Position numbers and translations under genes: made by a program
Part shown: piece after piece, positions 35,571 through 49,069 of the stretch
How positions within the stretch are numbered: the stretch's first letter is position 1
How the letters are laid out: every line of letters starts with the position of its first letter
Assembly: GCA_964016885.1 (NCBI GenBank)
Contig: OZ024741.1
Location: 134,292,001-134,356,000 of the forward strand
Source: Eledone cirrhosa
Taxonomy: Eukaryota
Direction of reading: 5' to 3'
DNA length: 64,000 nt
The notes under the pieces: generated by a model
Database searches by the model: none
Seen by the model: only the letters and a program-made list of their open reading frames with translations
What the model was told of the DNA's origin: nothing

Positions 35571-36201
35571 TATCAAAATTTTCATCACAGGCAATGGTGA
35601 TGAAAATATTGACACTAGAAAATAAATGATATATATAACCTGTGTATTGAGTAATTATCAATGTGAGAAGGATGAAAGGCAAAGTTATCAAATACAGAGC
35701 TTTGCAGCATTTTATTGAATACATCTGTCAAGTTGCCATCATAACAACAATTAAAATAAACATCTACAAAAGAGATATTAATAGACCACTTACTGTTTAT
35801 CTAATCTGATGGTAACTAAATATTCTTGTCTAACCAGTAATAATTCATTACTGACAGAGAACAAATCAAATCGAGCAACAAGATCCCAGACCTCCTCTGC
35901 TTACCGAGTGGAGTGAAACTCGTGAAATCAGAACAAGGAAACAATGTTTCCATTGGCCGTTCCATTGCTGATACTATTTAACAGTTGCAACTTTGAACAG
36001 AAAGAGCAACATGAATTAAAGTGTCTTGATCAAGGACACAATACATAGTCTGGTCTGGAAATCCAACTCGCAACCTCACAATTGCAAATCCAATTCTCTA
36101 ACCACTAAGCCAAACACCTTTACTGACAGATATCTTTCATAATAAATGTGAGTTTCTATCTGTATCCTCATATGGTTTTCTGACTCCAGCAAATATAATT
36201 A

Positions 36202-36421
36202 TTAACACTTTTCTGACCATATTTCTAATGATACACTGTTTCAATTAATTAATAATGAAATTGGAGGTATTCACTGAAATCATTATTTTATTACAAAGAT
36301 AGTAACTTAGCATATAGTTCTTATATAAAAATCTACTGGAAGATTTTAATCAAAATAGAACCCTTTAAAATGGGTAGTTTTGTATCATAGAAGCAGAGGC
36401 AGTTGGTATCAAAAGGGTCAA
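36202..36421 (+). mobile_element. Non-autonomous MITE with TTAA-CCCTTT-type ends (piggyBac-like)
   Basis: Begins TTAACACTTTTCTGACCATATTTC and ends GGTATCAAAAGGGTCAA. Related copies at about 3200, 39555, 46347-46577 (reverse) and 58079 (reverse). Confidence 0.55.
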
Positions 36422-36859
36422 AGTAAATAAACCACAAAATCAAATATGTTGTTGCATGTTTGTATCGTTCTCCTGCCACAAAATAAATTTTACCTTTTAA
36501 TTATAAGGGAATCACTATACAGTACTCTCCTAGGAGAGAAGCAATGAAAAAAAAACTTTTTTTATTCAAATCTTAGTACAGGTTTGAATCTCATCGAAGG
36601 TGGCGTTTTAATCATACCCCTGTTTATTACTTGTTCATATCCCAGTTTTATTTAATTAAATTGGGGAGAGAGGGGGGCACCATTTTGTAGAGAATAAATA
36701 TCCTATTGAATAAATTGCACATGTTAGTGAAAGTTCATATCATTTGCATGTTTAAAATGTAGTTTTCTTTTTTCATAGAATTATATACATTAATAGATAC
36801 ATTACGAAACATCTCACTTACATATATCACTATACTCTACAAAGCAAACTCAATGTTTT

Positions 36860-37130
36860 GTTGTGGCACCAGCATAAGGGAGATTGTCATGTCTTTGACA
36901 TGACTGAAGTGTCCTCTTAACTCCATGTATATATTCAAACATAAGTTATATTGTGGTACCTACACAAAGGAGGTCGTTTGTCTTTGACACAAATGAGGAG
37001 TCCTCTCGACTCCAAATATATATTTGTGCATGTGCGTGTTCTGGCACCAGCACTAGGAAGGTTGTTATCTCTTTGACAGAACTGATGAATCTTGTCAACC
37101 CCATGTATATATTTGTGCATGTGTGCATTT
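36860..37130. repeat. ~89-bp degenerate tandem repeat, three units
   Basis: Recurrent GGCACCAGCA...TCTTTGACA...CCATGTATATA at about 36866, 36955 and 37043. Confidence 0.6.
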
Positions 37131-38685
37131 GCATATTGATATACCCAGCACTACTTCCACCAAACAACCACTACCACTACCAGTACCACCACCACCACAA
37201 CTATACAGTGGGTTGAAATAGAAGAAAGTTCTCCCATTTCAGCATGTTATTATCTCTACAATTTCTGAAGTTTATTCATCAACAAACAGATTCTCTAGTT
37301 GATATAGACACTTTCTACTTAAACACACACTTCCTATAACTTTGCACACACACACTCACTATAACTCCACACATACACACAACATACTGATATGCAAATG
37401 CCTTAATAAATTGCCTGAGCCAGTAATTTATTAATAAAAGTCAAAGATGCGAAATAACAACTGCCCCCACCCCTGTCTCCACTATACATTAGTAGACTGA
37501 TACAGAAATGATGAGAAGACTAGAAAATACAAAGCTGCTGTTACACCCAAAGCTGCTGTTACACTGCTAAGCTAACACTGTTAACATATTTTTACATACT
37601 AAACATCATAAGACAGTTCTTACTACCACTGTAGTAAGATAGACCTTAGTACCCCTGTTCATCCCCAGTGCTGGTGCCACAATAAAATGCACCCACTACA
37701 TTCTGTAGAGTAGGGGGACATATATAGGCAAGATGTGGCCTACAGCCCATCTGAGAGCTCAGTGTTTCTAGCTAAGTACAGATACTGACAATATTAAATG
37801 ATGATGATGATGATAATGATATCACAAAGTTTTCCACCACACTCCATCCTTCCTGGTATTTGACCCAACTGTACACCCTCTATTATATCATAGTCCCCTT
37901 TCAGTCATGGCTGATTATGGATTTGCACCTAGAAAATTCCTCTCCAATGATGAGGGAAAGGAAAAGGCTGGCGAAACTTGGCACCAATGACTTAGCAACT
38001 CATTTTTTCCAGCTGAGTGAACTGGAGCAGCAGGGAATAAGGAGCCAATGTGCTGCCTGGCCAGGAAATCAAACCCACAACCTCTCTACAGTGAGCGCAA
38101 AACTCTAACCACTAAGCTACATGCTTTAACGTATACAACCTCCATGCTCCATCCCCACCCCCTATCTCCCCCCACACACACATCATCATCGCCGTTTTAC
38201 GTCCGTTCTTCCACATATATAAACATAAAGAGAGACATAAACATACAAACACATGAACACACAAACCCACAGTTTCTCACTCCCATAAACACAGTTTCTG
38301 TCTCAGATACACACTCACTCAGACAGACACACCATCCTGTGTAATGTTGCAGTGAAGGTCCCTAAATATAGTTAGAGTTATATTCAGTTTGTAGTAATGA
38401 ATTCCAGCAGACTACAGGTGTGTTCATTCTGTTAATGGTATAATGGTATGGAGATGGGATAGTGATGGTATAGAGAGGGAATAGCAAGAGTATAATGGTA
38501 CAGAGAGGGAAGATTTAGGAAGGTGAGGTATTGATTACATGCATCTTGATGACAGCTTTATTGCATACATCAAAACCAATAAACTTTCTGCTGGTGTAAG
38601 TATATGGGGTTGAATGGTTGAATATACATACATCCCTGCCTCTCTGCCACCCCTGCCCCATTTAGTCAGCATTTTTACTGTAAGA

Positions 38686-39112
<427 letters not shown>

Positions 39113-39321
39113 GCATAAAACAAGTTGAAAGCTAAATTCTTACATAAATCCCATAGGCAAACACACAAATAGCAACTAATGTTGTGTGTATACAGAGCTG
39201 TAATCATGTATAGACTTACATACCTACTGGTGATAGCATTTATGTATAGAGTTATACATACTTACATAATTATATCTACATAACACATTGGTACATAACC
39301 ATACATACACATTGTTATATA

Positions 39322-39510
39322 CACAGACATACACATAATTACATGTATAGACATATATACACATACATACCAATAATTACATGTATAGACATATATATAC
39401 ATACACATAATTACATGTATAGACATACATATATATACACATAATTACATGTATAGATATACATATATATATATACATACATAAACATAACTACATGTAT
39501 AGACATACAC
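39322..39510. repeat. ~36-40-bp minisatellite (ACATAATTACATGTATAGACATA...)
   Basis: About five visible units. Confidence 0.75.
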
Positions 39511-40954
39511 GTAGCAATGATTGTGTTTATGTACCTACATGACACAGTAAATATTTAAGCCTTTTGTTACCATATTTCTAATAAAATTCACTGTATTCTA
39601 ATTAATTAATGAAAAATTTACTAAAATTATTAATTATTTAATTAAGATGGTATTTGCAACATAACTTAACAAAAAAATTCTTATATCAAAGTATGTTGGA
39701 TGATTTTAATCTAAATAGGAAACCAGGTACATGCCACAATATGTCAGACACCATCCACTTGCTTCAAAGCTATTACCATTACACCCCACCACTCCAGCAG
39801 TGCAATGTCTGTACCTCAGCCCCAACCACCACCAATGCTTCTTGAGATAGTGCTGGTGCCCTGACAAAAGCACCCATCCACCCTGTAAGCTGGTAGTGCT
39901 GGAGCCATGATGCACAGTGCACACTCCACCTTGTAAAAGTGGTCACATTAAAATGCTCCCAATACACTCTGTAAAGTGGTTGGTGTTAGGAAGGACATCC
40001 AGCCATAAAAACCATGCTCCCAGTACACACGGTAAACCTACCAAACAAAAAGTCAGGAGGAGCCTTCAGCTGTTTCAAAGACAACAACCTACCTAGTGTT
40101 AGTGTTATTATAAAATGTACCATTAGAATGTGGGATTGTATGCAAGAGAGATGCTGACCTCCAGTCCATCGGAGAGAGCAGTAGCCCCACTTGAATAATG
40201 ACTTGGTCTATGAAGACCCATCCAACTCTTGCTAGCAGAGAAAATGGACATTAAATGATGACGAAGAGTTGAAGAACTTAGGTAAAGTACCCGTGGACAT
40301 GGAAAAAAGTGGGTAAAGATGCCTGTGAGCAATTGAGAGATACATGGTTTGATTCCATGAATTTACCTCAATGTATTCTACTATTGTTTATAGTTATCAA
40401 CTATTATTATAGTTACCTACATTGTGGCAACTATATTTTCAAATTTCCCAATGCTTTGTAAGTCAACCAAATCTTGTCTACAAGTATATATTGTATACTT
40501 TACTGTTTTCACACACATGCTATAGCACACACACAGACATATAATGGAACATGATGGCAAGACATGGACTCCAAAGGCAGCAAGATGGGCTGTCTGTCTT
40601 CAAGTAACACCTGGGGTAAAATGAAAAGAAGCCATCAGTCCTCAATGCATAAAAACCGCTTCTCTGGGAGACTCTGTGAAATGGTTGGTGATTGGAGAGG
40701 CATCTGTCAATGGTAGGCATGGGAATAGGATGTTGGTTCCATGAGCCAAATCACAGTCTGCCTGTCTGAGAGAACATGGACTGAGATTGAGAACTGAGGC
40801 AAGATAGAGAGACCCTCAAAGTTCACTTCAGTGCCAATGGTACAATAAAAAAAACCACATAGTCAACATGGTAGGACATGCACAGCACCAACACTGACTG
40901 GTTTTCTGTTGCTAGGTGCACAAGATGCAAACCACCAAGATAATTCATCTAAAC

Positions 40955-41350
40955 CATTCAACTGATGAAACATGATGTGTATATACACTGAGGTATTCAA
41001 CTGATGTCAACATGTAGTGTTTACACGCAGGTATTCAACTGATGTCAACATGTAGTGTATACACACTGAGGCATTCAACTCATGTAACATGTGGTATTTA
41101 TACACTGAGGTATCCAACTGATGTAACATGTGGTGTATATACACTGAGGCATTCAACTGATTCAACATGTGGTGTATACACACTTAGGAATTAACTGATG
41201 TCAACATGTGGTGTCTACACACTGAGGTATTCAACTGATGTCAACATGTAGTGTATATATATTGGGGCATTCAACTGATGTAACATGGTGTCTACACACT
41301 GAGGTATTCATCTGATGTAACATGTGGTGTCTACACCCTGAGGTATTCAA
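40955..41350. repeat. ~39-40-bp minisatellite (TTCAACTGATGTCAACATGTGGTGTATACACACTGAGGTA), about 10 units
   Basis: Directly visible tandem units. Confidence 0.9.
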
Positions 41351-41659
41351 TGAATGATTGATGATCAATGTAGTTATCATCAATTATTGACAGGTCATCA
41401 GTGGGAACCCTTTGGAGCATGTTATGCAATCTAATCAATGACGTAACATGTAAAAGAGGACATAAAGATGATGATATATATCATCATCATCATTTTACGT
41501 CCACTTTTCCCTGCTTGCAAGGGTAGGACGGAACTGATTCTGGCTTGATTTCTACAGCTGGATGCCCTTCCTAACACCAACCTCATTTACAGTGAGTGCT
41601 GGGTGCTTTTTTCCGTGGCGCCTACACATCCACTTTGCAGTGGAATGATATGGACCCCA

Positions 41660-41812
41660 GTCCCTATCATCTCATTTCTACAGCTGAGTAAACTGGAGCA
41701 ATGTGAAATAAAGTGTCTTGCTCAAGGAAACAACACATCACCCAGTCTGAGAATTGAACTCACAACCTTTTGATTGTAAGGCCAATGCTCTAACCACTAA
41801 GCCATGTGCCTC
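41660..41812 (-). mobile_element. Second tRNA-derived SINE family copy
   Basis: GTGTCTTGCTCAAGG...GAATTGAACTCACAACC...TAACCACTAAGCCA. Related copies at about 35940-36120, 37890-38125, 43670-43970 and 54905-55040. Confidence 0.6.
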
Positions 41813-42040
41813 CATATATATATATATATATTTATATACATGAAGGAGGATACTACATGTGATTGTGTCAACATAAAGATGATGATAAATGTATACCATG
41901 ACAGAAGTTCAACGACCTTTTGATTCCAGAGTCGGGCATAATCGATACAGATCGAGTCTTGAACTGGTCAATCGCGAAACGTGCGTCACACTTCAATAAA
42001 TGTAATGAAGATCTAACACCTTGTCCTTTTTATTATTATC

Positions 42041-42080
<40 letters not shown>

Positions 42081-42088
42081 TATATACA

Positions 42089-43307
42089 CGAGCATGAGCT
42101 GAAAAGTTCATAGGCTGACTATGAAGGCGTAATGCTAAAGCTGTGAAATCTTACATGTATTAATTACAACTCTTCTTATTAATATCTGCATTGTTTCTTT
42201 CCAGGTAAACAATCATCAGACTGTTCAAAGAAGACTTCAAAAGTAACTAGTAGTGACTTCTCTCGAAAATGGACAAAATTTGGCATTGTGATGTTATCAA
42301 GTACTTACAAGAATATTAGCCCTTCAAGGACATTCATGCTGACGTCGTTGCTACATTAGGAAATGACACTCCAGCATTATCAACAGTGCAAAAGTGGGCC
42401 GCTGAATTTAAGAGAGGCAGGGCGAGTCTTGAAGATGACGCAAGGTCTGGACATCCTGCAACTGCCACCACTGAGGAAAACATTGATCGTGTTCACCACA
42501 TAATGAAGGATGACTATAAATCCAATAGTCAATGCGATTAGCATATCCCAGGAGAGTTGAGAATATTCTGCATAATTATCTTGGCATGGCGAAGGTTTCT
42601 GTTTGATGGGTGCCACCTAATCACATAATGGGAAAATCTAACATTGTTTGAGGTAAATCCAGCTGGCTTTCTTGAAGATTTCCTAATTCAGGATAAGTAT
42701 TGGATTCATCACTTTGAGCCAGAGACAATTCATGCAACGGAATTAGCCCTCCTCCAAAGAAGGCCAAGGTTGTTTCATCTCCAGGGAAGGTGATAGCCTC
42801 AGTTATTTGGGGTGAAAAAGGCATTATGTTTATTGACTATCTTCAAAAGTGCGACACCATCAATAGAAAATACTATGCCAACTTGCTGAGGCAGCTATGG
42901 AAAGCTATCAAGACCAAACACCCAGAAAAACTGATGAAAGGGGTCTTGTTTCATCAAGACGATGTTCCAGTACATAAGTCCTTAGTTTCAATGGCTGCTG
43001 TGCATAACTGTGGCTTTGAACTTGTTGATCATACTCCCTATTCTCCTGATTTGGCCCTATCTAACTATCATCTATTCCCCAACATGAAAAAACATTTGGC
43101 TGGGAACCAGTATTGCAGTGATGATGATGTCATATCTGCTGTTGATGACTTTTTGACCAAAGGAATCCAATCACTGCAGCAGCACTGATCAAAGAAGTGT
43201 GTGGACCACAAGGGATGGGGGGGGGGGGGTATGTTGAAAAATAAACCTAATTTGGTCACATTCCATGAGTATTTTGGTCAGCCTATGAACATTTGAGTTG
43301 ATCCTTG
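42089..43307 (+). mobile_element. Degenerate mariner DNA transposon
   Basis: TIRs share AGTTCATAGGCTGAC / GTCAGCCTATGAAC. Transposase remnants include WVP, VLFHQDD and HTPYSPDLALSNYHLFPNMKKHL (ORF 42790-43188), with frameshifts upstream. Confidence 0.9.
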
Positions 43308-44399
43308 TATGCTCCTAGATCTATCTCCTCAATCCCTTCCCACCAAGTCCCCAGCTCATATTGTAAAGTGGTTGTGATGGCGACATGACAAAAAGGAGCC
43401 CAGCACACACTCTTAAGTCATTGTGCAGGTAACACAACAAAAAGCACCCATCCCACACTGTAAATGTGGTTGGTGTTAGGAAGGGCATCCAGCTGTAGAA
43501 ACCAAGCCAAAACCAGTCCTGTATGAGTAAGACATGGTCATTGGACCTGGCTTGTCTCACAATGGGGTAACTCGTCTAACCCACGCTAGCTTGGAAAAAT
43601 GGATGGTAAATGGTGATGATGATATATATAAGGGATGATGCTACATGTGATTGTGAGACTATATATGAAATGGAATGGATCTCTGTCAGTTTCGATGATG
43701 AATGGTCCAGTTAATTCCCCAATGGAACAGCCTCAAAATGAAATTAACATAATTCTCAGGGAGATTCAGTGAGACACAGTGTGTGACAAGGCCAGCACTT
43801 TGAATTACAGGTTCAATCCATCTGACAGGATTCTAAACATTTTCCATCTAACCAATTTCACTCACAAGGGATAGGTCGGCTTGAGACTGATAAGTGACAC
43901 ATTTCTAAGATGTCACACAGTGAGATCAAACCCAGGACCTAATGACCATGAAGCAAACCTCTTGACTATTTTTCAGCTATGATCTATCCTGAATCTCTAT
44001 ATAAATATATAGCTTTATATCAATATATAGTATCCATGCATATTTATGATATATATTTATTAGTATACAACAATGTATAGTTGTTGAATCTATCACCGTA
44101 TGTGTAGGTCTACATTATCCAATGTGACCCACCATATTCAAGCTGTAATTTAAGAGAATTTTTTTCCTAGCAGGTCGAACACAAATAAATAGTTGTTTAG
44201 CTCAACTGATTGACAAGACCTATGATCAAAGGAATTCCTGCTGTCACCATCTCATCTTTTTTAGGAGAATGTAGAACTACATTACCTAATGTCTATGTCC
44301 TACAAAACAGTCGGGTATGATTTGATGATGTTTTTAACAGGTGGAATGGCTACGTACAATAAATAAATATATATATATTTCCCTAATTACTCTTATATA

Positions 44400-44589
44400 T
44401 ATAGGCAGGTATATATACTTTGTTATTTCGAGTATATATATATATAACCAAATGGCTCTAGATATTGACTACTGAGCTTGCTTATTGAGAAACAGAAAAT
44501 TCTAAACATATTTGATATGTTTTGATTCGTTATATATATATATATATATATATATACTCAAAATAACAAAGTATATATACCTGCCTATA
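44400..44589. repeat. Fold-back element with near-perfect ~45-bp inverted arms
   Basis: TATAGGCAGGTATATATACTTTGTTATTTCGAG(TA)n versus (TA)nCTCAAAATAACAAAGTATATATACCTGCCTATA; one mismatch in the non-TA part. Confidence 0.85.
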
Positions 44590-44815
44590 AACCCTTAATC
44601 TTAATAAATATACAATTTACGACCAACAAAGTATATTAAATGGAATGCGAGTCTTTTTTAAGGATGCACTTTAAACAATACTTGTGTATAGTATGTGTGA
44701 TGAACAGTTAAAAATTTTAGAGGCGGTACCACGGCATGGCCGCAGTCCAATGACTAAAACTAGTAAATGTTTTTTTTTATTTTGTTGTTGTTTTGTTTAC
44801 TCCCTGGTTGAATAT

Positions 44816-44904
<89 letters not shown>

Positions 44905-45244
44905 TGAAGTGTCCGTGGTTCGAAGCCCGGAAAGACCACAAATCAGGCGTACTTGATGCAAAGTACAGTAAAGAGATGCAGTCTCAGCGGCGAAACCAGC
45001 CGTTCCATATATATATAAATAGATAGATATACATATATACATGCATACATACATACACACATGAGTGTACAGGCAACTCAATGTTGGTACAGAAGAATAC
45101 GTTATTTTAACATGCATTTCAAGATATATAAAAAGTTCTAGTATGATATTTCTATAAGGTTTCTGGTATGAGAATATCTGAAGATGGAGGTATGTATGTA
45201 GCAAGTTTGAAATGAAAAAAAAAGGTTATATCGATTGTCCATAC

Positions 45245-45470
45245 CTATGTTGCTATGGCAGTAACAACACTGACAGCAGATCGAATTCACTAACACACAG
45301 GTTGATTCCACTACCTCGATTTCTCTTCTTTGTTAATCTAAACTTGTATTTCGGTTTATTGCCCGTCCATCTTTCGTCTGTCGGTCAGATAGGACCTGGC
45401 TGACGACAGAAGCAAAACTGTTGTCAGTCGCTTCTTTGTGTATCACAGCAACGGTACAACAAGATTTTAA
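45245..45470 (-). other. KIF3A: Putative non-coding first exon of KIF3A
   Basis: Unique CpG-containing sequence directly downstream (minus strand) of a promoter-like motif cluster. Donor TAG|GTATGG at 45244. X-box-like GTTGCTATGGCAGT at 45249-45262. TSS not determined; the link to the 11621 acceptor is inferred. Confidence 0.55.
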
Positions 45471-45473
45471 TAC

Positions 45474-45535
45474 AAGCTTCCGGTACGTCGCACTGACGTC
45501 ATTTCTCGCGATCTTCGCCGGAAAGAGCCGACATC
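45474..45535 (-). promoter_or_regulatory. Core promoter-like motif cluster (ETS, CRE, TCTCGCGA, ETS-like)
   Basis: CTTCCGGT at 45477-45484, palindromic TGACGTCA at 45494-45501, TCTCGCGA at 45504-45511 and CCGGAAA at 45518-45524, all within about 50 bp of CpG-rich DNA in an AT-rich background. Confidence 0.7.
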
Positions 45536-46044
45536 TTTAAACTTGTTTCCCTTCAATTTGATTTGTATAGTTTACATATAGATATTTTTTTCAGTCAAAA
45601 CAACATTTTTTTAATGCCTTTTAAATTTCTTCTTCATGGAAGAAAAAAATGATTAGTCAAAACTTATAAGCGAAAAATATTTACAATTAGTTCAAGCATA
45701 TAAATAAATTTACAGTACAAATAACACAACAAATATATACATAAATAACATTACAGATGCTTAGTTGAAGTTAAAATGCTTCTCTATTTTTAATTTTTCC
45801 TTCTTAAATTCATTCGTTACAATATAAATTTCAGTATGAAAATAGTTTTAAATAATCATAGCCCTGATCCTAATTTTAACCTTAACTTAAACGTCACTGA
45901 ACAAAAATTATGACAGGATAATTTAAGTTATAAACATATTTTTTATATCTTTACAGCAATTATTTTAATAAATTCTATAAATTTAGGCTAATTTTTTATA
46001 CGTTTTCGCCAGATTCGCTCAAATAACATGCACATAATTCCCTG

Positions 46045-46058
46045 GTTACCATAGCAAC
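46045..46058 (+). promoter_or_regulatory. Canonical RFX X-box GTTACCATAGCAAC
   Basis: Exact match to the X-box consensus, about 0.55 kb upstream of the putative KIF3A promoter. Ciliary/IFT genes are typical RFX targets. Confidence 0.65.
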
Positions 46059-47159
46059 TGGCAAGTAAGGGCTAGGTAGCCATATTGTATTTCAGAACAA
46101 TTCTCTGAGTATGTGTAGTGTTAATAAGTAAAGCATTAGTCTTGCAGCTGCTGTGTACTTTTCTGTGATGAGATCATAGGTATGAAGACAAGCTGAGTTA
46201 GAAATAACCTACTGTTATGTAGATCAAAACTAGTTACACCATAGATACTAATGACCTTGCCTACATGCTTGTAACTATCATTTTATAATGGAAGGTCCAG
46301 GGCCTACCTGGCTAACTAAGCATGGATTTTTAGTTATAATGCTACTCCAACCCTTTTGATACCTATCAGCCAAAACCAGCTTTGGTTCTATAAGAACAAA
46401 ACTGCCCGTTTTAAAGTGTCCCTATTTAAATTTAAACCTCCCTGCATAATTTTATGTTAAGTTACTATATTAGTAATGAAATAATTAATAATAATTGAAA
46501 TAAATTCTGCAAAATTCTTCAATAATTAATTGAAATAGAGTGTAATGTCAATATAAATATGGTTATAAAAGGGTTAAACTAAAATATTTCAACAACTTTA
46601 TGTGAGAACTATATGTTAAGTTACTATCTTAATAATGAAATAATTAATAATTTCAATAAATTCTGCAAAACTCTTTATTAGTTTATTGAAATTGAATGCA
46701 TTTCATTAGAATGGTCAAGATAATGTTAACTCACAGATACCGTGACAATGTAGAATATTCCTCATGATATTCCATCTTAAGCATCAATATATCAGGGAAG
46801 ATATTTCTTCTATCATTGAGGAAATATTTAAAACAGACTGACATAAAAAGTTGAGGTTAAAAAGATTTTGTGATTCTGTTCAAATTAGTTATGATAAACA
46901 CCCCTTAAATCTTTTCTCTCTAATTATGCATTGACTCACCCATCATCATCATCACCACCACTACACACACAATGAGAGAAAATATTTAAAAAGATTTTTG
47001 CTGTATTTCATCTTTTGCTGGCCATCTTCCATAATTTAGATCAAATCTTTCTGCAACTTGGAAGTTTTTCTGTAAATATTTTGATAAATCAATTTTGCTG
47101 TAATTACTCTTCTTCTTGTGTATGAGACTGTTGCTGTCTCAGGTTGGTGTTGTTTGCCT

Positions 47160-47592
47160 GATCCAGCTGTCTGTGCGTAATGTGTGATGCTGCATGGCAG
47201 TAAAACATGGGCATTGACTGTAGAAGATATGCAAATGCTAGAGAGAAATGAAACGAGTATGCTTAGATGGATGTGCAATGTTAATATGCATGGATGAACT
47301 GAGAGAAAAGCTGGGTATAAGAGGAATCAGATGTTGTGTGCAGGAAAGAAGATTGTGCTAGTATAGACATGAGATGCATATTGATGATGATCCCTGAGTG
47401 CTGAAATGAAATCCCAGTCGAAGGAAGCTGCAGTAAAGGAAGATCTGGGTGAAGGTGGTGAGAGCTGATTTCAAATTGCTGAAGCTCACAGAAAAGATTA
47501 CAAAGGACCAAGGCAATTAGAGAGATGTTGTGTTGGAAAAGATCTGTTCAATGCATGCAAGCATGGAAAAGAAGATGCAAAATGATGATGAT
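47160..47592 (+). mobile_element. Old RTE LINE 3' fragment
   Basis: Remnants of LHGS.TW...LERNE..MLRWMC, terminal CATGCAAGCATGG hairpin and (GAT)n tail. Confidence 0.75.
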
Positions 47593-48094
47593 GTCAACAA
47601 TTTTTTAAAAAGTCACTAGCTTAAAAATATTTTGGAACCAACTAAGTTTCTGAAATTGATTCTGTGATACTGCTATGCTCATAAATATTTGTAGAGAGAA
47701 CTTTATTTCATCTATTTTTATTATGTCATCTTTTAATCCATATCATAATGAGACTGTCTGGAATTAAACAGCAATGAAATTTACTCAGCGAAGGAGGGGT
47801 GATCTTGATGCAATCACTCAACTTGCTAGACATAGCAGCCAAACTTTCCTCACATCACACTATCATCTTAAATTAGTAAAGGATACATTGAGTATAGACC
47901 AATATAATCATGTGTGTATCGGGTTTAGAATAGCTGCACCATATACATATATACACCACACCTGTAGATGAATCATATTAATCTTTTGATAGCTTAGTTC
48001 TCATATGTGGACACCATACCTGTAGATGAGTTGCAGTAATTCACTGACTGAACTTTGTGATCTTGACAACTGACCAAGGAGTTTCTTCTACTCA

Positions 48095-48572
48095 CCTGAT
48101 GGAATTTCTGCCCACCCTTTTCTGACTTATCAACAAGGCCACTTTCCTGATGGTATCACCTTCTGTCTTCTTTCCTACTTAAGACTTTCGTTTTGCTGAA
48201 TTTAGTTTTAGGCATTTCAACTCTAGATTCTTCTTCCATGTTTGAAATTTTGCCTCTAATTCTCCTATGGACTCAACTATGAGGACTAGATTGTTGGTAT
48301 ATAGGAGCTCCCATGGCGTGCCAGTTTTAAACTCTTCCGTGATGGCCTGAAGTTCAATGATAAACATGAGTGGACTGAGGACTGATCCCTGGTGGACCAC
48401 CACCTGCACTTCAAATTCATTACTGTATTCATTACCAACTCTCACTGCTGGTTGCCACTCTAAAGCCATTCTCATGACCCTCACAAGCCATTCATCTACA
48501 CCTAGCTTCCTAAGTGCCCACCAGATTACATAGCATGGGACCCTGTCAAAAGCTTTCTCCAGATCTACAAAT
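48095..48572 (-). mobile_element. RTE LINE RT-domain fragment
   Basis: FVDLEKAFDRV...VHQGSVLSPLMFII.LQAITEEFKTGTPWELLY (ORF 48179-48484). Confidence 0.85.
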
Positions 48573-48677
48573 GTTTGATACAGATATATTTTATATTCAT
48601 TTTTATCCTTTATATAATTTTAAATATTTGACATTATTATCAAAAGAAAAAAAAAGACACTTTGTACATAAACATTT

Positions 48678-48683
48678 TTTATT
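48678..48683 (-). terminator. Candidate IDI1 polyadenylation signal (AATAAA)
   Basis: AATAAA on the minus strand with a GU/U-rich element (GTGTCTTTTTTTTTC) about 20 nt downstream; implies a 3' UTR of about 1.15 kb. Confidence 0.55.
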
Positions 48684-49069
48684 GAAAAAATACTGAAAAA
48701 AATTCATGTTAAAAATTCATTTTAAAAATATACTGTCATGAGGTGAAATGTGCTAAGTACAAGTTTTGTAAATACATGATATGATACAATCAAGAAATGC
48801 CTTCATACTAGACATACAAACATAGAATGTTCTAAATTATCCAGTGAAAAGTTGACTTGTGTACATTCAGGATTAGTTTAGTATTGTGGATTATTAATTG
48901 TTAGATTATATATGATCAAGGCTTTAAATGTGAAACTAGAGTGAAATACTACCATTTACAACAGCTATATATGGTACTTTACAGCCATACACACACACAC
49001 GTGTGTGAGTCCCAGGTTCAATCGGGGATAACTGCAGTAAGATACTCAATACATTAGTAGAGTGTATAC

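Noticed and set aside
42790-43188. Functional or domesticated mariner transposase
   Set aside because: Only the C-terminal third is open; upstream parts are frameshifted and the motifs are decayed.
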